Assembly: GCF_020885515.1 (NCBI RefSeq)
Contig: NZ_AP024987.1
Span: forward strand, 485,278 to 517,277
DNA: 32,000 nt
Reading direction: 5' to 3'
DNA from: a cyanobacterium endosymbiont of Braarudosphaera bigelowii
Lineage (GTDB): Bacteria > Cyanobacteriota > Cyanobacteriia > Cyanobacteriales > Microcystaceae
The notes beneath the pieces were generated by a model that was not told the DNA's origin, made no database searches, and saw only the letters and a program-made list of their open reading frames with translations. Both the position numbers and the translations under genes were made by a program. This document shows positions 30,558 through 32,000 of this stretch, in pieces. Each line of letters starts with the position of its first letter. Position 1 is the stretch's first letter.

Positions 30558-31412
30558 TTGATCATAAAATTTATGTTCATTCAATCTTATAAAAATTTTC
30601 TGGGTATTGAAAGAGTAACAATTCCAATTACAGGACTACCTAATGATCTAGATCAAATAAAAATTGCTCAGCTATCAGATTTTCACTATGATGGACTCTC
30701 TCTTTCTAATTCATTACTCATAAAAGCAATTCAGTATAGTAATGCAGAAAAACCAGATCTGATTTTATTAACAGGAGACTATATTACCAATTCAACTGAT
30801 TATATATATAATTTAGCTTCACAGTTAAAGTTACTGAAAAGCCAAAAGGGAGTTTATGCAGTCTTAGGCAATCATGATATCTTATACAAAAATGGAAAAT
30901 CCATAATAACAGAAGCACTAACTCATGCAAATATAAAAGTTCTTTGGAATGAAATTGTTTACCCTTTAGGCATGTATTTACCAATAATTGGATTAGCAGA
31001 TTTTTGGTCACAAGAATTTAATCCTGAAGTTGTCATAAATAAATTATCTGTATCACAACCTCGTCTAGTTCTGTCCCATAATCCTGATACAGCTAGTATT
31101 TTAAAAAAATGGCGTGTTGATTTACAACTATCAGGTCATACTCATGGTGGACAAATCATAATTCCGGGTTTTGGACCATGTTTAATGTTATTCCAAAAAA
31201 TATATAGAATAACACCTCATAAACTACTAAAATATTTTCCCTTAGCTAAATATAGCTCAAGTATTGTAAAGAATTGGAAATGGAATTTAGGATTACATAC
31301 AATAGGAAAGAATAAACTATACGTAAATCGAGGATTAGGGACTTATTCACCAGGGAGATTCTTTTGTTCTCCAGAGCTAACAATAATTACTTTGGTTAAA
31401 AGTAGTAAATAG
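30558..31412 (+). CDS. Calcineurin-like metallophosphoesterase (YaeI-like)
   Basis: LSDFHYDG, LTGDY, GNHD and SGHTHGGQ motifs occur in canonical order. The start is TTG at 30558 or ATG at 30573. Confidence 0.85.
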   Translation: MIIKFMFIQSYKNFLGIERVTIPITGLPNDLDQIKIAQLSDFHYDGLSLSNSLLIKAIQYSNAEKPDLILLTGDYITNSTDYIYNLASQLKLLKSQKGVYAVLGNHDILYKNGKSIITEALTHANIKVLWNEIVYPLGMYLPIIGLADFWSQEFNPEVVINKLSVSQPRLVLSHNPDTASILKKWRVDLQLSGHTHGGQIIIPGFGPCLMLFQKIYRITPHKLLKYFPLAKYSSSIVKNWKWNLGLHTIGKNKLYVNRGLGTYSPGRFFCSPELTIITLVKSSK

Positions 31413-31466
31413 TTAATTTGTGCTAAAGACCATATACCAAATTCTTGTTTCTAAATATAATTACTT

Positions 31467-32000
31467 TTATTTAAGAATTTTAGTAATCGAATTTGTACCA
31501 GGGTCAATAATTTTTCTTCCTAAACTTTTAAATTTAATAGCTAAATTAACTTTTTTTTCTGATCCTAAAACATGGGTGACTTCACCTTCTCCGAAACTAT
31601 AGTGAATTATATGGTCACCAACTGACCATTGAATATTATTGTTTTTAGAGTTATTTCTTTTTTGCGAAGTTTTTTCGATAATTATATTTGTATGATCACT
31701 TACTAAGTCTTGAGGAATTTCTTCTAAAAATTGTGAGACAATTTTAATTTCTTTTGATCCCCATACAAATCTTTCCTGAGCATAAGTTATAAATAGTTTT
31801 TCTTGTGCACGAGTTATACCTACGTAACACAAACGTCTTTCTTCTTCCAAGGAAAGAGGATCGCTTAAGCTACGAATATGCGGTAAAGTTCCTTGTTCCA
31901 AACCTACTAAAAAAACAATAGGAAATTCTAACCCTTTAGCAGAATGTAATGTCATAAGAGATACCTTATTGTTTTCATTCTCTAAATTATCTAAGTCAGA
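31467..32000 (-). CDS. pcrA: UvrD/PcrA/Rep-family ATP-dependent DNA helicase, C-terminal part (5' end lies outside the window)
   Basis: The minus-strand frame stays open to the window edge (..SDLDNLENENNKVSLMTLHSAKGLEFPIVFLVGLE..). It has helicase motifs V and VI (LCYVGITRAQEKL) and the C-terminal W.VGD.V.H..FG.G.V domain. Confidence 0.9.
   Translation of the reverse strand, partial: SDLDNLENENNKVSLMTLHSAKGLEFPIVFLVGLEQGTLPHIRSLSDPLSLEEERRLCYVGITRAQEKLFITYAQERFVWGSKEIKIVSQFLEEIPQDLVSDHTNIIIEKTSQKRNNSKNNNIQWSVGDHIIHYSFGEGEVTHVLGSEKKVNLAIKFKSLGRKIIDPGTNSITKILK

Overview
This is an AT-rich, gene-dense chromosomal segment. G+C looks like roughly one third or less by eye; I did not compute it. 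Every confident call is a cyanobacterial housekeeping gene.

Gene content, in order:
- ychF (3' part), then an untracked petL-like mini-gene.
- plsX-fabH-fabD (fatty acid and phospholipid synthesis).
- A lone hypD (NiFe-hydrogenase maturation) and sufE.
- An unusually short PBP4-type DD-peptidase.
- tsaB, and a UPF0104/LPG-synthase-TM-like membrane protein.
- lpxA-lpxB, followed directly by a membrane GTPase.
- An O-antigen-ligase/IctB-like membrane protein and an orphan ABC ATPase.
- A small acidic protein, then mraY, tlyA, dnaN and menD.
- The complete cyanobacterial-type large ATP synthase operon atp1-atpI-atpH-atpG-atpF-atpD-atpA-atpC on the minus strand.
- A cyAbrB-type regulator, a CPBP intramembrane protease, a metallophosphoesterase and the 3' part of a UvrD/PcrA helicase.

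I found no rRNA, tRNA, CRISPR array, transposase/integrase, toxin-antitoxin pair, defence gene or biosynthetic gene cluster. I therefore cannot point to a novel multi-gene system here.

The gene set (petL, menD, hypD, cyAbrB, lipid A and peptidoglycan genes), together with low G+C and long AT-rich spacers, suggests a genome-reduced unicellular cyanobacterium. A UCYN-A or spheroid-body-like, Crocosphaera/Cyanothece-related lineage is a guess and needs a database search.

The features not explained by ordinary annotation are:
- A ~1.2 kb ORF-free spacer (27.75-28.98 kb) between the atp operon and cyAbrB. It carries a 45-nt perfect palindrome and a recurring ATGACTAAG/TGACTA motif.
- Several very long, perfect, mostly U-tract-less hairpins at gene ends.
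- Intra-operon hairpins after atpH and atpA.
- A TAA/TTG junction coupling lpxB to the GTPase.
- A PBP4 homologue that seems to lack the inserted domains.

All hairpin and motif detection was done by eye and is not exhaustive.
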